Position numbers and translations under genes: made by a program. 64,000 nucleotides of DNA from positions 3,090,365 to 3,154,364 of the forward strand of contig CP070772.1 of the NCBI GenBank assembly GCA_020345805.1. Reading direction: 5' to 3'. Of this stretch, positions 1-9,204 are shown in pieces (within the stretch, counting starts at the first letter, position 1; every line of letters starts with the position of its first letter). The notes beneath the pieces were generated by a model. That model had not been told where the DNA came from and did no database searches. It saw only the letters and a program-made list of their open reading frames with translations. The stretch comes from Phycisphaerales bacterium. Lineage in GTDB: Bacteria; Planctomycetota; Phycisphaerae; Phycisphaerales; SM1A02.

Positions 1-188
1 GCGACCTGCCCGTGCGCAAGCTGGGGCTTCAACCGGGCTCGCTGGGGAGTTGGGCGGGCGAAACGCTGGGCATACCGACGATTACTGTCGAACTACCCGC
101 CGAGGCGTCGAGACTGGGTCAGAACGAACTCTGGAGGCGCTACGGCGCGATGCTTCTGGTCGCGATCGACAGCGAAGGGGCACAGTGA
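1..188 (+). CDS. 3' end of an M14-type zinc carboxypeptidase-like gene (partial; begins upstream of the window)
   Basis: Frame 3 reads DLPVRKLGLQPGSLGSWAGETLGIPTITVELPAEASRLGQNELWRRYGAMLLVAIDSEGAQ with stop at 186-188. The GS.G.WA..GIP..T.ELP segment resembles the catalytic-Glu region of M14/AstE-like peptidases. It is absent from the ORF track because it is truncated. Confidence 0.4.
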   Translation, partial: DLPVRKLGLQPGSLGSWAGETLGIPTITVELPAEASRLGQNELWRRYGAMLLVAIDSEGAQ

Positions 189-219
189 CCGGAACCCGCC
201 GGAAGCGATCGTTCCGGCT

Positions 220-2772
220 TCAAGCGTACTTGTTCTCCAGGCGCTGGAATCGGCGGCGGAATCCCTGCCCACCCAGACCCGGATCCTGCTGGCGGAGGCG
301 GCGAATTCGGGGCAGGATCTGCTGCGTTCGGCGCTGGGCCCGGTCCAGAATCTGAAGCATGCGCAGTTGCGACTGCCAGTATGCCCGGTGTTGCGTTTCG
401 CTTTCACCGACTCCTGATGCCGCGATGCGTTTGTAGATGGTCATCGCTTCGGCCAGTCGATCTCCGGCGAGGCCGAAGAGACATTCGGCCCGGCCGAGCA
501 GGATCTCCCGGCTGTCGGGGCGGCGGCCGAGAAGTTGATCGTAGATCGACAAGGCGGTCACGAACCGCCCGCCCAGACGGTATGCGTCCGCGGCATGGCG
601 CCACAACTCCTCCGCTTCCTGGAGCGTCACAGTACGATGGTCATCGAGCCAGCCGTGCAGGAGTTCGGCCAGCGGAAGCAGATCCCGTCGTGCGGTGCTC
701 AGAGCCTCCTCGTCTCTGCCTTGCTCAAGGAGGTTCTCCACTTCCCGCCGGACATCGGCCATCATCGGCTTCATCACCGCCGGTACCTGCTCGGGGGCGG
801 TCTGCGCGAAGCGATGCAACTCCCGACGCGCCAGTTCATCGCGCCCGAGGCGCTGATGCGCCTCGATCCGCGCATGCAGGACCGCGGCCAGGACGGCCGG
901 TTCCAGAGCCGCACTCTGCTCGATGCCGGCCAGTGTCTCGATGGCCCGGTCGGGGCGGTTCAGCTCCGTAAGCGCCTCGGCCTCGAACACCCGCAGGTAG
1001 TCGAGGTAGTACTGCAACGCAGCCACGCGCGGCGGCTCAGGTGCGCCGGCCAGTCCCTTCTCCAGTGCCTGCCGGACGCGGACGACGATCGCGAGCAGAC
1101 TTTCGCAGCGGTTGATCCTCTCCACGGCATCCGTCTCGCTCCGGACCGCGGCTCGCAGGGCGCTGGTCAGCATGAACTGCCCGTCCAGCCATCGGTCGGA
1201 GTCGGGCGTTATCTGCTCGAAGTGTGCCGCGGCGTCATCGTACCTGCGGTCATCGATCGCGAGACGACCGGCAAGATAGCGCCACCGGTTGATGGAAGCC
1301 AGATTGGAGTATTCGCCGAGGATGATGCTCAGGATCTCATCGAGCGCCTGCCGGGCGGCACGATCGTCGGGCGAGTTGCGGTGTTGGTCAGCGGCGACAC
1401 GGGCGGCGAGTTCGACCGCCTGCTCGGCGTGCCGGGAGAGAGGATGATCCCTCGCCAGATCCAGGAAACGAGCGATCGCTTCGCGCGGCCGGCCGTCGGC
1501 GGCCAGCGTTCGTCCGAGGCTGTCCAGAACGGCGACGCGCTGATCATCCTTAATCTCCGCCCGATTCAGCAGGTTCTCGTAGAGATCGATCGCCTCGCCG
1601 CGTGTCTCGGTTTCCTGCGCGAGCATCTCGGCGCGGGCCATGGTCACGATGGGGGGCAGGCTGTCGAGCGGGCTATCGGAGTCGGTGGCGAGACGGAGCC
1701 GGGCGAACACGATCGTTCGCATCTTCTCCCGATCGATGGCCGTTTCCCGGTCCAGCAAGTCGACGTACGTGTTGATAGCAGCGGCGAGCAGTGCTGTGCG
1801 GTCGGCCGGCGCCGCCGAACGGGCGATCTCGCGCCGGAGCAGGAAGCGATGATCGGTAATCAACAAGCGATAGAAGATCAGCTCCGGTGCGGCATAGAGG
1901 TCTTCGATCGAATCCAGCTCGGCGAGGCCCGCCTCGGGCCCCCGTTGTACGGCCTGCTTCAACACTCCGCCCATGCGTGCGGTGAAGATGTCGGCAGGAT
2001 GCGTGGCCTCGTTGGCGATAGCCTGCCGGAACAGCGCTTCACCGGCTTCGGACTCACCCAGACGAAGTAACGCAAGACCCGCATGGACCTGTGCCCGTCC
2101 GGCAAGCGGGTCTTCCAGCTCTCTCCCCAATGGTTCCAGAAGATCCGCCGCGATTCGATACAGCCTCGATTGCTGGTCCACATCCTTGATGTTAACTTCG
2201 GCGTGCAGGAAAGCGGCGATACCGCGCAGGAAGGGGATCCGGCGTCTGCGCTCATCGCGGTCCAGGTTCCGTCGCATCTGTTGCAGGGCGGGGTCCTCAC
2301 CATAAGCGGGGTCCGCTTCCAGGTTCAATATTGCCTGTTCGACGGCGATCTCCGCCCGTGCCGTCAGCTCGTTCATCTGCTCTGCGACGTGCCGGGCCCG
2401 CTGCCGCTGAGCGGACGAGGGCAGGCCGAACAGCGCGGTCAAGCCTGTGGCATCGGTGGGCAACAACTCGAAATAAAGGTCCGAAGCCTGGTCGGCCAGC
2501 CATGCGGGGAGGCGGGGATCGGACGCGGGCCGGTTGATCAACCCCTCCTCGCGGAGACGGAGGATCGCCTCCAGGGCGGCAAGGCGCTGAGGGGCCGAGG
2601 TCTCCGGCTGATTCATGAGATCGCGCTGGGTGGCGATACGGCGCTGCACGAGTCCTATCTGCTCGGCGGCGGATGCACCATCCTGCAGCGGCCCGGCCGA
2701 TGCCGAAGTCGCGACTGATCCCCAGAGCGCCGCAACAGATAAGGCGAATCTCAGCGTGCTGCTCGTGAGCAT
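220..2772 (-). CDS. secreted TPR-repeat protein (about 850 aa)
   Basis: ORF 220..3057 trimmed to the internal Met (ATG at 2770-2772) that opens a signal peptide, MLTSSTLRFALSVAALWGSVATSASA. The ATG lies directly after the stop of the upstream exbD. The body is a helical repeat with repeated A/L/Y/R-rich 34-aa-like units. Confidence 0.7.
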   Translation of the reverse strand: MLTSSTLRFALSVAALWGSVATSASAGPLQDGASAAEQIGLVQRRIATQRDLMNQPETSAPQRLAALEAILRLREEGLINRPASDPRLPAWLADQASDLYFELLPTDATGLTALFGLPSSAQRQRARHVAEQMNELTARAEIAVEQAILNLEADPAYGEDPALQQMRRNLDRDERRRRIPFLRGIAAFLHAEVNIKDVDQQSRLYRIAADLLEPLGRELEDPLAGRAQVHAGLALLRLGESEAGEALFRQAIANEATHPADIFTARMGGVLKQAVQRGPEAGLAELDSIEDLYAAPELIFYRLLITDHRFLLRREIARSAAPADRTALLAAAINTYVDLLDRETAIDREKMRTIVFARLRLATDSDSPLDSLPPIVTMARAEMLAQETETRGEAIDLYENLLNRAEIKDDQRVAVLDSLGRTLAADGRPREAIARFLDLARDHPLSRHAEQAVELAARVAADQHRNSPDDRAARQALDEILSIILGEYSNLASINRWRYLAGRLAIDDRRYDDAAAHFEQITPDSDRWLDGQFMLTSALRAAVRSETDAVERINRCESLLAIVVRVRQALEKGLAGAPEPPRVAALQYYLDYLRVFEAEALTELNRPDRAIETLAGIEQSAALEPAVLAAVLHARIEAHQRLGRDELARRELHRFAQTAPEQVPAVMKPMMADVRREVENLLEQGRDEEALSTARRDLLPLAELLHGWLDDHRTVTLQEAEELWRHAADAYRLGGRFVTALSIYDQLLGRRPDSREILLGRAECLFGLAGDRLAEAMTIYKRIAASGVGESETQHRAYWQSQLRMLQILDRAQRRTQQILPRIRRLRQQDPGLGGQGFRRRFQRLENKYA

Positions 2773-2773
2773 C

Positions 2774-3343
2774 TCAGCCACCGGGTCGGGCGAAGGTGAT
2801 GTTGGTATACCGCGCGCGGGCCGCGGCGTTGAACGCGCCCATCGCGTGTTCCCACCGCGCGGTTCGCGTCGGCTCGATGATGATGGGATGGTCCGCTTCA
2901 AACAGGCCACGGGTGGTGAACGGGCCGATCTGCCGTTCGCGCAGGAATGTGAGAAGCTCTTCAAACGTGTCGGGTTGCTGGTAGGGGCCTTCGACGCGGA
3001 TGCGGTAGGACCTGCCGCGCTGGCCGACCGAGGCGATGCGGATTCGCAGCGGCTCATCGTCCAGCTCGAACGGGTCGCGCTGGGCGTTGGACGGGCCGCG
3101 CTCGGGCAGGTCCATTCGGTAGATCTCCTCGCCGAGCTTGAAGCTGGTGCCGGCCATGAAATAGATCAGCAGCAGGAACACCACGTCGATCATCGCGGTG
3201 AGATTGAGCGAGATTCGCGCCGTCCCGGTTGTTCGGCGACGGCGGACGCGTGACCGGCGGTAATCGCCCGTGGGCAGATCGGCCAGCGGATCAGGGCCGA
3301 ACAACTCGGACGGCGGCTTGGGTTTGGGCGCCGACTCTGCCAC
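2774..3343 (-). CDS. exbD: ExbD/TolR family biopolymer transport protein (second copy)
   Basis: LNLTAMIDVVFLLLIYFM N-terminal TM motif. GTG start with AAGGAGGA 8-15 nt upstream. Sits in an operon with exbB and another exbD. Confidence 0.8.
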   Translation of the reverse strand: MAESAPKPKPPSELFGPDPLADLPTGDYRRSRVRRRRTTGTARISLNLTAMIDVVFLLLIYFMAGTSFKLGEEIYRMDLPERGPSNAQRDPFELDDEPLRIRIASVGQRGRSYRIRVEGPYQQPDTFEELLTFLRERQIGPFTTRGLFEADHPIIIEPTRTARWEHAMGAFNAAARARYTNITFARPGG

Positions 3344-3346
3344 TCA

Positions 3347-3823
3347 TCAATCCTCCTTCACCACGACGAGGTTGACCCGGGCGGTGATTCCCGATTCACC
3401 GGTTCTCGCTGCCGCGATGGATATTGCCCGCAGGACGGGCTCGATCCATTCGTATTGTGTGTCGCGATCTGCTCTGAGGTTGATGCGCAGAGTCGGGTTG
3501 CCCGAGTAGAGCCTCATGACATGATCCGCCAGTGCGTCCACGCCTTCTTCGCCGGCGGCGAAGCGCCGCGAGCCGACGCGATACTCGATCGCCCGACCGG
3601 TTGTCGCGGGCTGGGCGGGTACGACGTTGATCACCACCCGCTGCTCGTCGTCGGGAAGCTCGGTAGCCGGGTCTTCCGGTGCGGGCAGTTGCAGCTTCAC
3701 GTTCTCCACCTCCACGATCTGCGACACGAGCACGAAGAACACGATCAGCAGAAACGTCACGTCGATCATCGGCGTGAGGTTCGCCTGAATCCGTGCGCTG
3801 CCGCGTTTGAAGACTGCGCTCAT
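3347..3823 (-). CDS. exbD: ExbD/TolR family biopolymer transport protein (first copy)
   Basis: Starts at the internal Met, MSAVFKRGSARIQANLTPMIDVTFLLIVFFVLV, the typical ExbD N-terminus. The upstream part of the track ORF is Pro-rich and implausible. Confidence 0.8.
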   Translation of the reverse strand: MSAVFKRGSARIQANLTPMIDVTFLLIVFFVLVSQIVEVENVKLQLPAPEDPATELPDDEQRVVINVVPAQPATTGRAIEYRVGSRRFAAGEEGVDALADHVMRLYSGNPTLRINLRADRDTQYEWIEPVLRAISIAAARTGESGITARVNLVVVKED

Positions 3824-3860
3824 GGGGGGGGAAGGGATGAGGGATGAGGGGTGAGCAGGG
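3824..3860. other. G8 run plus GGG tracts directly abutting the exbD start codon (C/U-rich leader in the mRNA)
   Basis: The plus strand reads GGGGGGGGAAGGGATGAGGGATGAGGGGTGAGCAGGG immediately after the CAT (3821-3823) that is the exbD ATG on the minus strand. Confidence 0.6.
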
Positions 3861-3913
3861 AGCGGATTTCGAGTTGCGATTGGGGGCGGGCTAAGCCGCA
3901 AGCGGCCGGAGGG

Positions 3914-4750
3914 TCATTTCGTATCGGTGCCGCGCTTCTTTCCTTTGGGTCTGAACTTGTTAAGCAACTCCTCGGCTACGAGGGTGGCTTCGGTGGTGAG
4001 GGCGTCGATCTTGTTGCGGACGATGGCGTAGCCGGCAAGAGCGGGAATGGCGACAACCAGACCCCAGAAGGTGGTGGTGAGGGCGGTTCCGATTCCGCCC
4101 GCGAGCAGAACCGGGTTTGCACTGCCGCCGGCCATGACGATGGCGTGGAAGGCCAGGATCATGCCGTAGACCGTGCCGAACAGGCCGATCATGGGACTGA
4201 CCTGCCCCAGGACGTTGAGGTATTCGACCTTGCGCAGGCGATCGGTCGTCAGCTCGTCTGAGGTCTGCTCCAGGCTGCGGATCACCGCAGAGAAACCGTG
4301 GGGGGATTCGGAAAGCCCTGCGTGGAGGATGCGGCTGAAGAAGCTTTCGTCCTGGTCGGTCAACTGCAGAAGCTCGCGGTGATTGGAGCCTTCCAGCAGG
4401 CGCCGGGCCTCCTCGACCATTCCCTCCGGGAGGATGCTCTTGCGCTGGTTGGTGAGAGCCATGTGGCCGATCAGGCCGATGCTGAGCATGGACAGGCACA
4501 GAAGGAACCAGATGATCAGGCTGCCGAGGATCTCCAGGGATTTCTCGCCGGTGAGGGGATCCGTTTTGCGGGACAGGAAGAACGCGCCGGCAAAGCTGCC
4601 CGCCTCACCCCCGGAAGCGGGGGCCGAGGAAGTCTGGGCGACAGGCAGACTGCCGGGCACGAAACGAGCCTGCGTTTCAGAGTCGCGAACCGGCGCAGCC
4701 AGGGTCAAGCAGAAGAGAAAGACGAGCAGGATTCGCATTGTGGTTCGCAT
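3914..4750 (-). CDS. exbB: MotA/TolQ/ExbB proton-channel family protein with N-terminal signal peptide and extension
   Basis: Typical ExbB core LGQVSPMIGLFGTVYGMILAFHAI...GGIGTALTTTFWGLVVAIPA. Start trimmed to MRTTMRILLVFLFCLTLAAP. Confidence 0.8.
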   Translation of the reverse strand: MRTTMRILLVFLFCLTLAAPVRDSETQARFVPGSLPVAQTSSAPASGGEAGSFAGAFFLSRKTDPLTGEKSLEILGSLIIWFLLCLSMLSIGLIGHMALTNQRKSILPEGMVEEARRLLEGSNHRELLQLTDQDESFFSRILHAGLSESPHGFSAVIRSLEQTSDELTTDRLRKVEYLNVLGQVSPMIGLFGTVYGMILAFHAIVMAGGSANPVLLAGGIGTALTTTFWGLVVAIPALAGYAIVRNKIDALTTEATLVAEELLNKFRPKGKKRGTDTK

Positions 4751-4818
4751 GTCTGTCCTCTGGCCTGATGAACCGTGTTGAGGCAGCCGAGATCCAGCCG
4801 GCGGCCGGACGATCGCGG

Positions 4819-5931
4819 TCACGGGCGGCGAAGCCCGAGTTCGCGGCGATCGAGGAACTTGTAGCCGCGCTCTCCGCCGTGGATGGCCGCGATCTTGCGC
4901 AGAGTATCCAGCGGATCGGGATCAAGAAACTGAATGCAGTTGATCTGGGTCTGACGCCGGTTGGTTTTTGAGTCGATCGGGTTCAGCTCGTCCAACCGCC
5001 GCAAGAGGTCTTCCTGGTCGATTTCGTACTCTCCTGAGCCGGTGATGTTGGTGGAGAGAAGGAAGACCACGTCCGGGTCCAGGGCCAGTGCTCTTTCCAA
5101 GGCCTTGAGCGGGTTGGATCGCCCGCCGGGCACGACATTGCGGCCCGCATCGATCCAGTCCATGACCCGGCGTTTCTCCTGTTCCATGGCGCGAATGAGG
5201 CGGTTGGGCGGGGGGACGACGACCGCCTCGTTGCGCTGGAAGAAGATGATCCCGAACTGCTGGGGCGGAGCGAGGCCGTCGAGCGACCGGCGGAGCTCCT
5301 GTATCACCACCTGGAGGGAAGCCATCATCGAGCCGGAGGCGTCGATCACGTAGACGATCCGGCGGGCGTTGGTGCTGGTGAGGCCGATGAAGGTGGCCGA
5401 CCCCTCCAGCGGCCGGGGGGCGAACTCGGCCAGGGATGATTCCCCGCCCGCATCCACGATGAGGCTGACGGGATCCATCTCCCAGTCTGAAAGATCGTCC
5501 GGAACGTCGGATGGCGGTTCCGGCTCGGTAGGGAGGCGGTCTTGGACCGCCCGCTCGGTTTCAGTATCCAGGTTCGCGTCCAGGGCGGCCACGGGGTCAT
5601 AGGTCATGGCGTCGAAGTCGGCGATGATGAGCACCGGCTCCTCTTCCTGCTGCAACACCACCACCGTCCAGGTGACCAGGAGCCCCAGCACGATCAGGCC
5701 GATGTGGATGGCCGCCGACGCCACCCACGGGACCACCCGCTTCACCTTCCGCTCGGTGGGGGTTTCCACGCCGAGGGTGGTCAGCCGAAGGGCCAGATAG
5801 GCGTTTTCCGCCACTTCCGTCCGCTCCGCGCTCTGTTTCTGGCCCTCTTCGTCTGTGGGCTTGCTGCTCACGGGCGATGCTCCGAGGCACATGCCGAGAG
5901 AACCGGCGGTTCCTCCGGGCACGTCCAGCAT
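4819..5931 (-). CDS. membrane-anchored von Willebrand factor A (VWA) domain protein
   Basis: MIDAS-like VYVIDASGSMMASL, then GIIFFQ, then VVFLLSTNITGSGE. N-terminal TM VVPWVASAAIHIGLIVLGLLVTW. Start trimmed to the Met at 5931 because the upstream part overlaps the DoxX gene; the exact start is uncertain. Confidence 0.65.
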   Translation of the reverse strand: MLDVPGGTAGSLGMCLGASPVSSKPTDEEGQKQSAERTEVAENAYLALRLTTLGVETPTERKVKRVVPWVASAAIHIGLIVLGLLVTWTVVVLQQEEEPVLIIADFDAMTYDPVAALDANLDTETERAVQDRLPTEPEPPSDVPDDLSDWEMDPVSLIVDAGGESSLAEFAPRPLEGSATFIGLTSTNARRIVYVIDASGSMMASLQVVIQELRRSLDGLAPPQQFGIIFFQRNEAVVVPPPNRLIRAMEQEKRRVMDWIDAGRNVVPGGRSNPLKALERALALDPDVVFLLSTNITGSGEYEIDQEDLLRRLDELNPIDSKTNRRQTQINCIQFLDPDPLDTLRKIAAIHGGERGYKFLDRRELGLRRP

Positions 5932-6017
5932 ATGCCCTCGGATACTCTCCTGCACCGGACTGGTCACATCCCCGCCACCTTGGGGCGGCCAACGGGAGGT
6001 GGTCTTTCGCTCGGGGG

Positions 6018-6806
6018 CTATTCCTCCACCGGAACGGGCTTCTCGCCGCGCTGACCGCCGAAGAACAAACGATCGAGGCTGATAGGGCCGGGCCCGGCCA
6101 GGAATATGCCCAGGGCCAGCAGGCCGAGCCCTAGCTGGGCGAACATGGTGTTGAAGGCGCCGATGTTCTTCGAGAACTCGATGGGGTTGATGGTCTGGGT
6201 GAGCATCCCGTTGATGCCCATGGTGACGATGTAAAACGCCACGCCCATGGCGAAGGCCAGGCCGATTCCCCAGATGCGGCTGAAGAAGCCCAGGAGCAGC
6301 AGGATGCCGCCTATGAATTCGGTCCAGGCGACGATCCACGCCCCATAGTCAGCGTATGGCAGCCCGGCATTGTGCAGCATCAGGGTGACCTTGTGCAGAC
6401 CGGCCTGGGTGCCCGGCAAGGCTGGGGCCGCGGGGGTCGGCTCGGTCTCATCCGGTGCGGTCTCGTCCTCTTCGGGTGTTGCCGGAGGCTCCGCGACAGG
6501 CGTGTTGCTCCCCAGAGACGGATCCGGATCCGTCTCCTCAATATCCGTAACCTGCAGGGAAACGGGCTGAATGCTCACCGGCCCGGTCGAGGTCGGTTCG
6601 ATGCTGGTCACCTCTGAGGGAGCTTCGCTTTCAGTCTGCGGAACCACCTCGACCCTGTAATTGTCCCGGAGAATCGTGGCCTCTTCGGAGGTGAAAGTGA
6701 CGTCGTCGAAGAGCTTGTTGAACCCCACACTGACAAAGGCCGCACACAACACGATCCGACTGAGCGTGGGCAAAATCGCGGTTCCTGCACAGTCGCTGAA
6801 ACTCAT
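6018..6806 (-). CDS. DoxX-family membrane protein with a long acidic Pro/Thr/Glu-rich insertion
   Basis: DoxX-like TM helices (WTEFIGGILLLLGFFSRIWGIGLAFAMGVAFYIV). A low-complexity segment of about 110 aa lies between TM1 and TM2. Confidence 0.55.
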   Translation of the reverse strand: MSFSDCAGTAILPTLSRIVLCAAFVSVGFNKLFDDVTFTSEEATILRDNYRVEVVPQTESEAPSEVTSIEPTSTGPVSIQPVSLQVTDIEETDPDPSLGSNTPVAEPPATPEEDETAPDETEPTPAAPALPGTQAGLHKVTLMLHNAGLPYADYGAWIVAWTEFIGGILLLLGFFSRIWGIGLAFAMGVAFYIVTMGINGMLTQTINPIEFSKNIGAFNTMFAQLGLGLLALGIFLAGPGPISLDRLFFGGQRGEKPVPVEE

Positions 6807-6887
6807 GGCTGTTCTCCATCAGGTTTGGCGCTTCCGATCTGGTTGCCCCGGCCGATATTCCGGCGATAATCCTACCGCGTTTCCCTC

Positions 6888-6971
6888 GCGGGCGTGGCGG
6901 AACTGGCAGACGCGCTGGATTTAGGATCCAGTGGGGTAAAACCCGTGGAGGTTCGAATCCTCTCGCCCGCA
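6888..6971 (+). tRNA. tRNA-Leu (anticodon TAG), class II with long variable arm
   Basis: Acceptor stem GCGGGCG/CGCCCGC. Anticodon stem-loop CTGGA-TTTAGGA-TCCAG. Variable arm GTGGGGTAAAACCCGTG. T-arm GAGGTTCGAATCCTC. Discriminator A. No encoded CCA. Confidence 0.85.
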
Positions 6972-7718
6972 CTGGCCGGAATTGAGCTGAATCGCGGTGC
7001 ATTTGCCACTTGATTGGCTTTCGGGGGTGGTGTGTTTCGTTTTCTGACCGGCGGAACCCCCGACCACATCGATGCGAACAAGCAGAATAAGCTGGCCGCA
7101 CGCCGGGTTGGTACTGGCGGACCGGCCGGAGAAGGTCGCGTCCGACGACCCCATGGGTCGGAGCGGCCGTTCCCCGGGCGGTTCCGGAGGACGCCCGGAG
7201 GAGCGGTTCCGCGGGTTCTGATGAATGGTCCCCGTCGCATGAGCAGAGCAGGCTGGGGCGTGCCGGGCTCTGGCGGCGGGGTTTTTAATCCCGGACCATC
7301 GTCTGTCGTGCCCGGTGGCCGCAGGCATCTCCCCCAGGGGTGCGAATGCCTTATCGTGGCGAGCGGAACGGCCCGGCCGTGGATTGGCCGGGCTGTTCGT
7401 CCACTCGCCCTCCTCCTCGCCGTTGGCGGTGGGGCCTGAAAGCCGGTGCCTCCTGGCCCCTCAATCGCTCGAATGAAGGGGGGCTCACCGCGGCCCCGGG
7501 ACTGCTTCGGACAGGGTCGGACGGCCCTTCAGCAGGACCCCTCCACTGACGAGGATTCGCCCTTCCCGCTTCGGCGCGGGCGAGAGAGTCACACCAACGG
7601 GTGCAGGGCGAGTATTCGGCAGATGAGGAGCAGATTCGCCCTCCTGCCTCCGGGTCGTCGGACACCATGCCCTCCCGGCTCATCTCGCCGCTTGGCCGGG
7701 CCGATATCATGCCCACAG

Positions 7719-9074
7719 ATGCCTATGTCAGATTGGTCACCCAAATCCTGGCAATCCCGACCCGCTTCCCAGCAGCCCGCCTATCCGGATCAATCGGCGC
7801 TGCTGGATACAGCGGCAAAACTGAGCGAGCTTCCCCCGCTGGTCACCAGTTGGGAGGTGGAGTCGCTCAAGGAACAGCTCGCGGAGGCCGCCCGGGGCAG
7901 GCGGTTCCTCCTGCAGGGCGGCGACTGTGCCGAGAGCTTCGACGAATGCGAGTCCAACAACATCACGGGCAAGCTCAAGATCCTGCTCCAGATGTCCCTG
8001 ATCCTCGTGCACGGCACGAAGAAACGAGTGATCCGGGTGGGTCGATTCGCCGGCCAGTACGCCAAGCCACGCTCCGAGGACAACGAGACGATCGATGGCG
8101 TGACCCTGCCCGCTTACCGCGGCGACCTGGTCAATCGCATCGCCTTCACCGAAGAGGACCGTAGGCCCGATCCCACGCTCATGCTCCGAGGCTACGAGCG
8201 GGCGGCCCTGACGCTCAACTTCATCCGCGCCCTCATCGACGGCGGCTTCGCCGACCTGCATCACCCGGAATACTGGGATCTGGATTTCGTCAAGCATTCG
8301 CCCCACGCCGAGGAGTATCACCGCCTCGCCCAGACCATCGGCGAATCGATCCGGTTCATGGAGACCATCTCCAACACCCCGGCCGGCCAGCTCAACCGGG
8401 TGGACTTCTTCACCAGCCACGAGGGCCTGCACCTGTTCTATGAACAGGCCCAGACCCGCCAGGTTCCCCGCCGCGAGGGCTGGTACAACCTCGCGGCCCA
8501 CCTCCCGTGGCTGGGAATGCGGACCGCCAACGTGGGCGGGGCGCATGTCGAGTATTTCCGCGGCATCCGCAATCCCATCGGCATCAAGCTCGGCCCGAGC
8601 ATGACCCCGTCCTGGCTCAGCGAGTTGCTGGACATCCTTCATCCCGATGACGAGCCGGGTCGGCTGACGCTCATTCATCGCATGGGGGCCCACGGGATTG
8701 CCAGGCATCTGCCCGCCCTGATCGAGACCGTCCAGCAGTCCGGCAAGACCGTCCTCTGGTGCTGCGACCCGATGCACGGCAACACGGAGAAGACCGCCGA
8801 GGGGATCAAGACCCGCAAGTTCGAGCACATCCTCGCCGAGCTGGAGCAGGCGTTCGAGATCCATCAGCAGATGGGCTCATATCTCGGCGGCGTGCATTTC
8901 GAGCTGACCGGCGACAACGTAACCGAATGCACCGGCGGCGCGCGGGGGCTGAACGATGAAGATCTCAAGCGCCGTTACAAAAGCCAGGTAGATCCGCGAC
9001 TGAACTACGAGCAGGCCCTGGAGATGGCCATGCGCATCGCCAAGCGCGTGGCGGAGATGAACGGGGGAGTCTGA
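7719..9074 (+). CDS. class II 3-deoxy-7-phosphoheptulonate (DAHP) synthase
   Basis: WSPKSWQ...QQPAYPD...FLLQGGDCAESF...GRFAGQYAKPRS...HRMGA...WCCDPMHGNT are class II DAHPS signatures. Start trimmed to MPMSDW. Confidence 0.9.
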   Translation: MPMSDWSPKSWQSRPASQQPAYPDQSALLDTAAKLSELPPLVTSWEVESLKEQLAEAARGRRFLLQGGDCAESFDECESNNITGKLKILLQMSLILVHGTKKRVIRVGRFAGQYAKPRSEDNETIDGVTLPAYRGDLVNRIAFTEEDRRPDPTLMLRGYERAALTLNFIRALIDGGFADLHHPEYWDLDFVKHSPHAEEYHRLAQTIGESIRFMETISNTPAGQLNRVDFFTSHEGLHLFYEQAQTRQVPRREGWYNLAAHLPWLGMRTANVGGAHVEYFRGIRNPIGIKLGPSMTPSWLSELLDILHPDDEPGRLTLIHRMGAHGIARHLPALIETVQQSGKTVLWCCDPMHGNTEKTAEGIKTRKFEHILAELEQAFEIHQQMGSYLGGVHFELTGDNVTECTGGARGLNDEDLKRRYKSQVDPRLNYEQALEMAMRIAKRVAEMNGGV

Positions 9075-9204
9075 GAGTCTGCTCTCCATGCCACCCGCAA
9101 ATGCGGTCAGAACCAGCGGGGACATTGTGGAGTGATTCGCTTCTGCAGCGGTTGCTGAAAGCAACCGTGTATGAGTCATGCGCGTGAGTGATCCGCTCTT
9201 ATCG

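Noticed and set aside
50-407. ORFs 50..355 (+) and 93..407 (-) at the window start
   Set aside because: These are Arg-rich nonsense products. Frame 3 of the same DNA gives a peptidase-like C-terminus ending at 188, and the minus strand from 220 belongs to the TPR gene.
6888-7718. Integrated mobile element at tRNA-Leu
   Set aside because: No integrase, no direct repeat of the tRNA 3' end, and no coding genes in the adjacent 750 nt. Only the unexplained non-coding gap remains, and it is reported as a finding.
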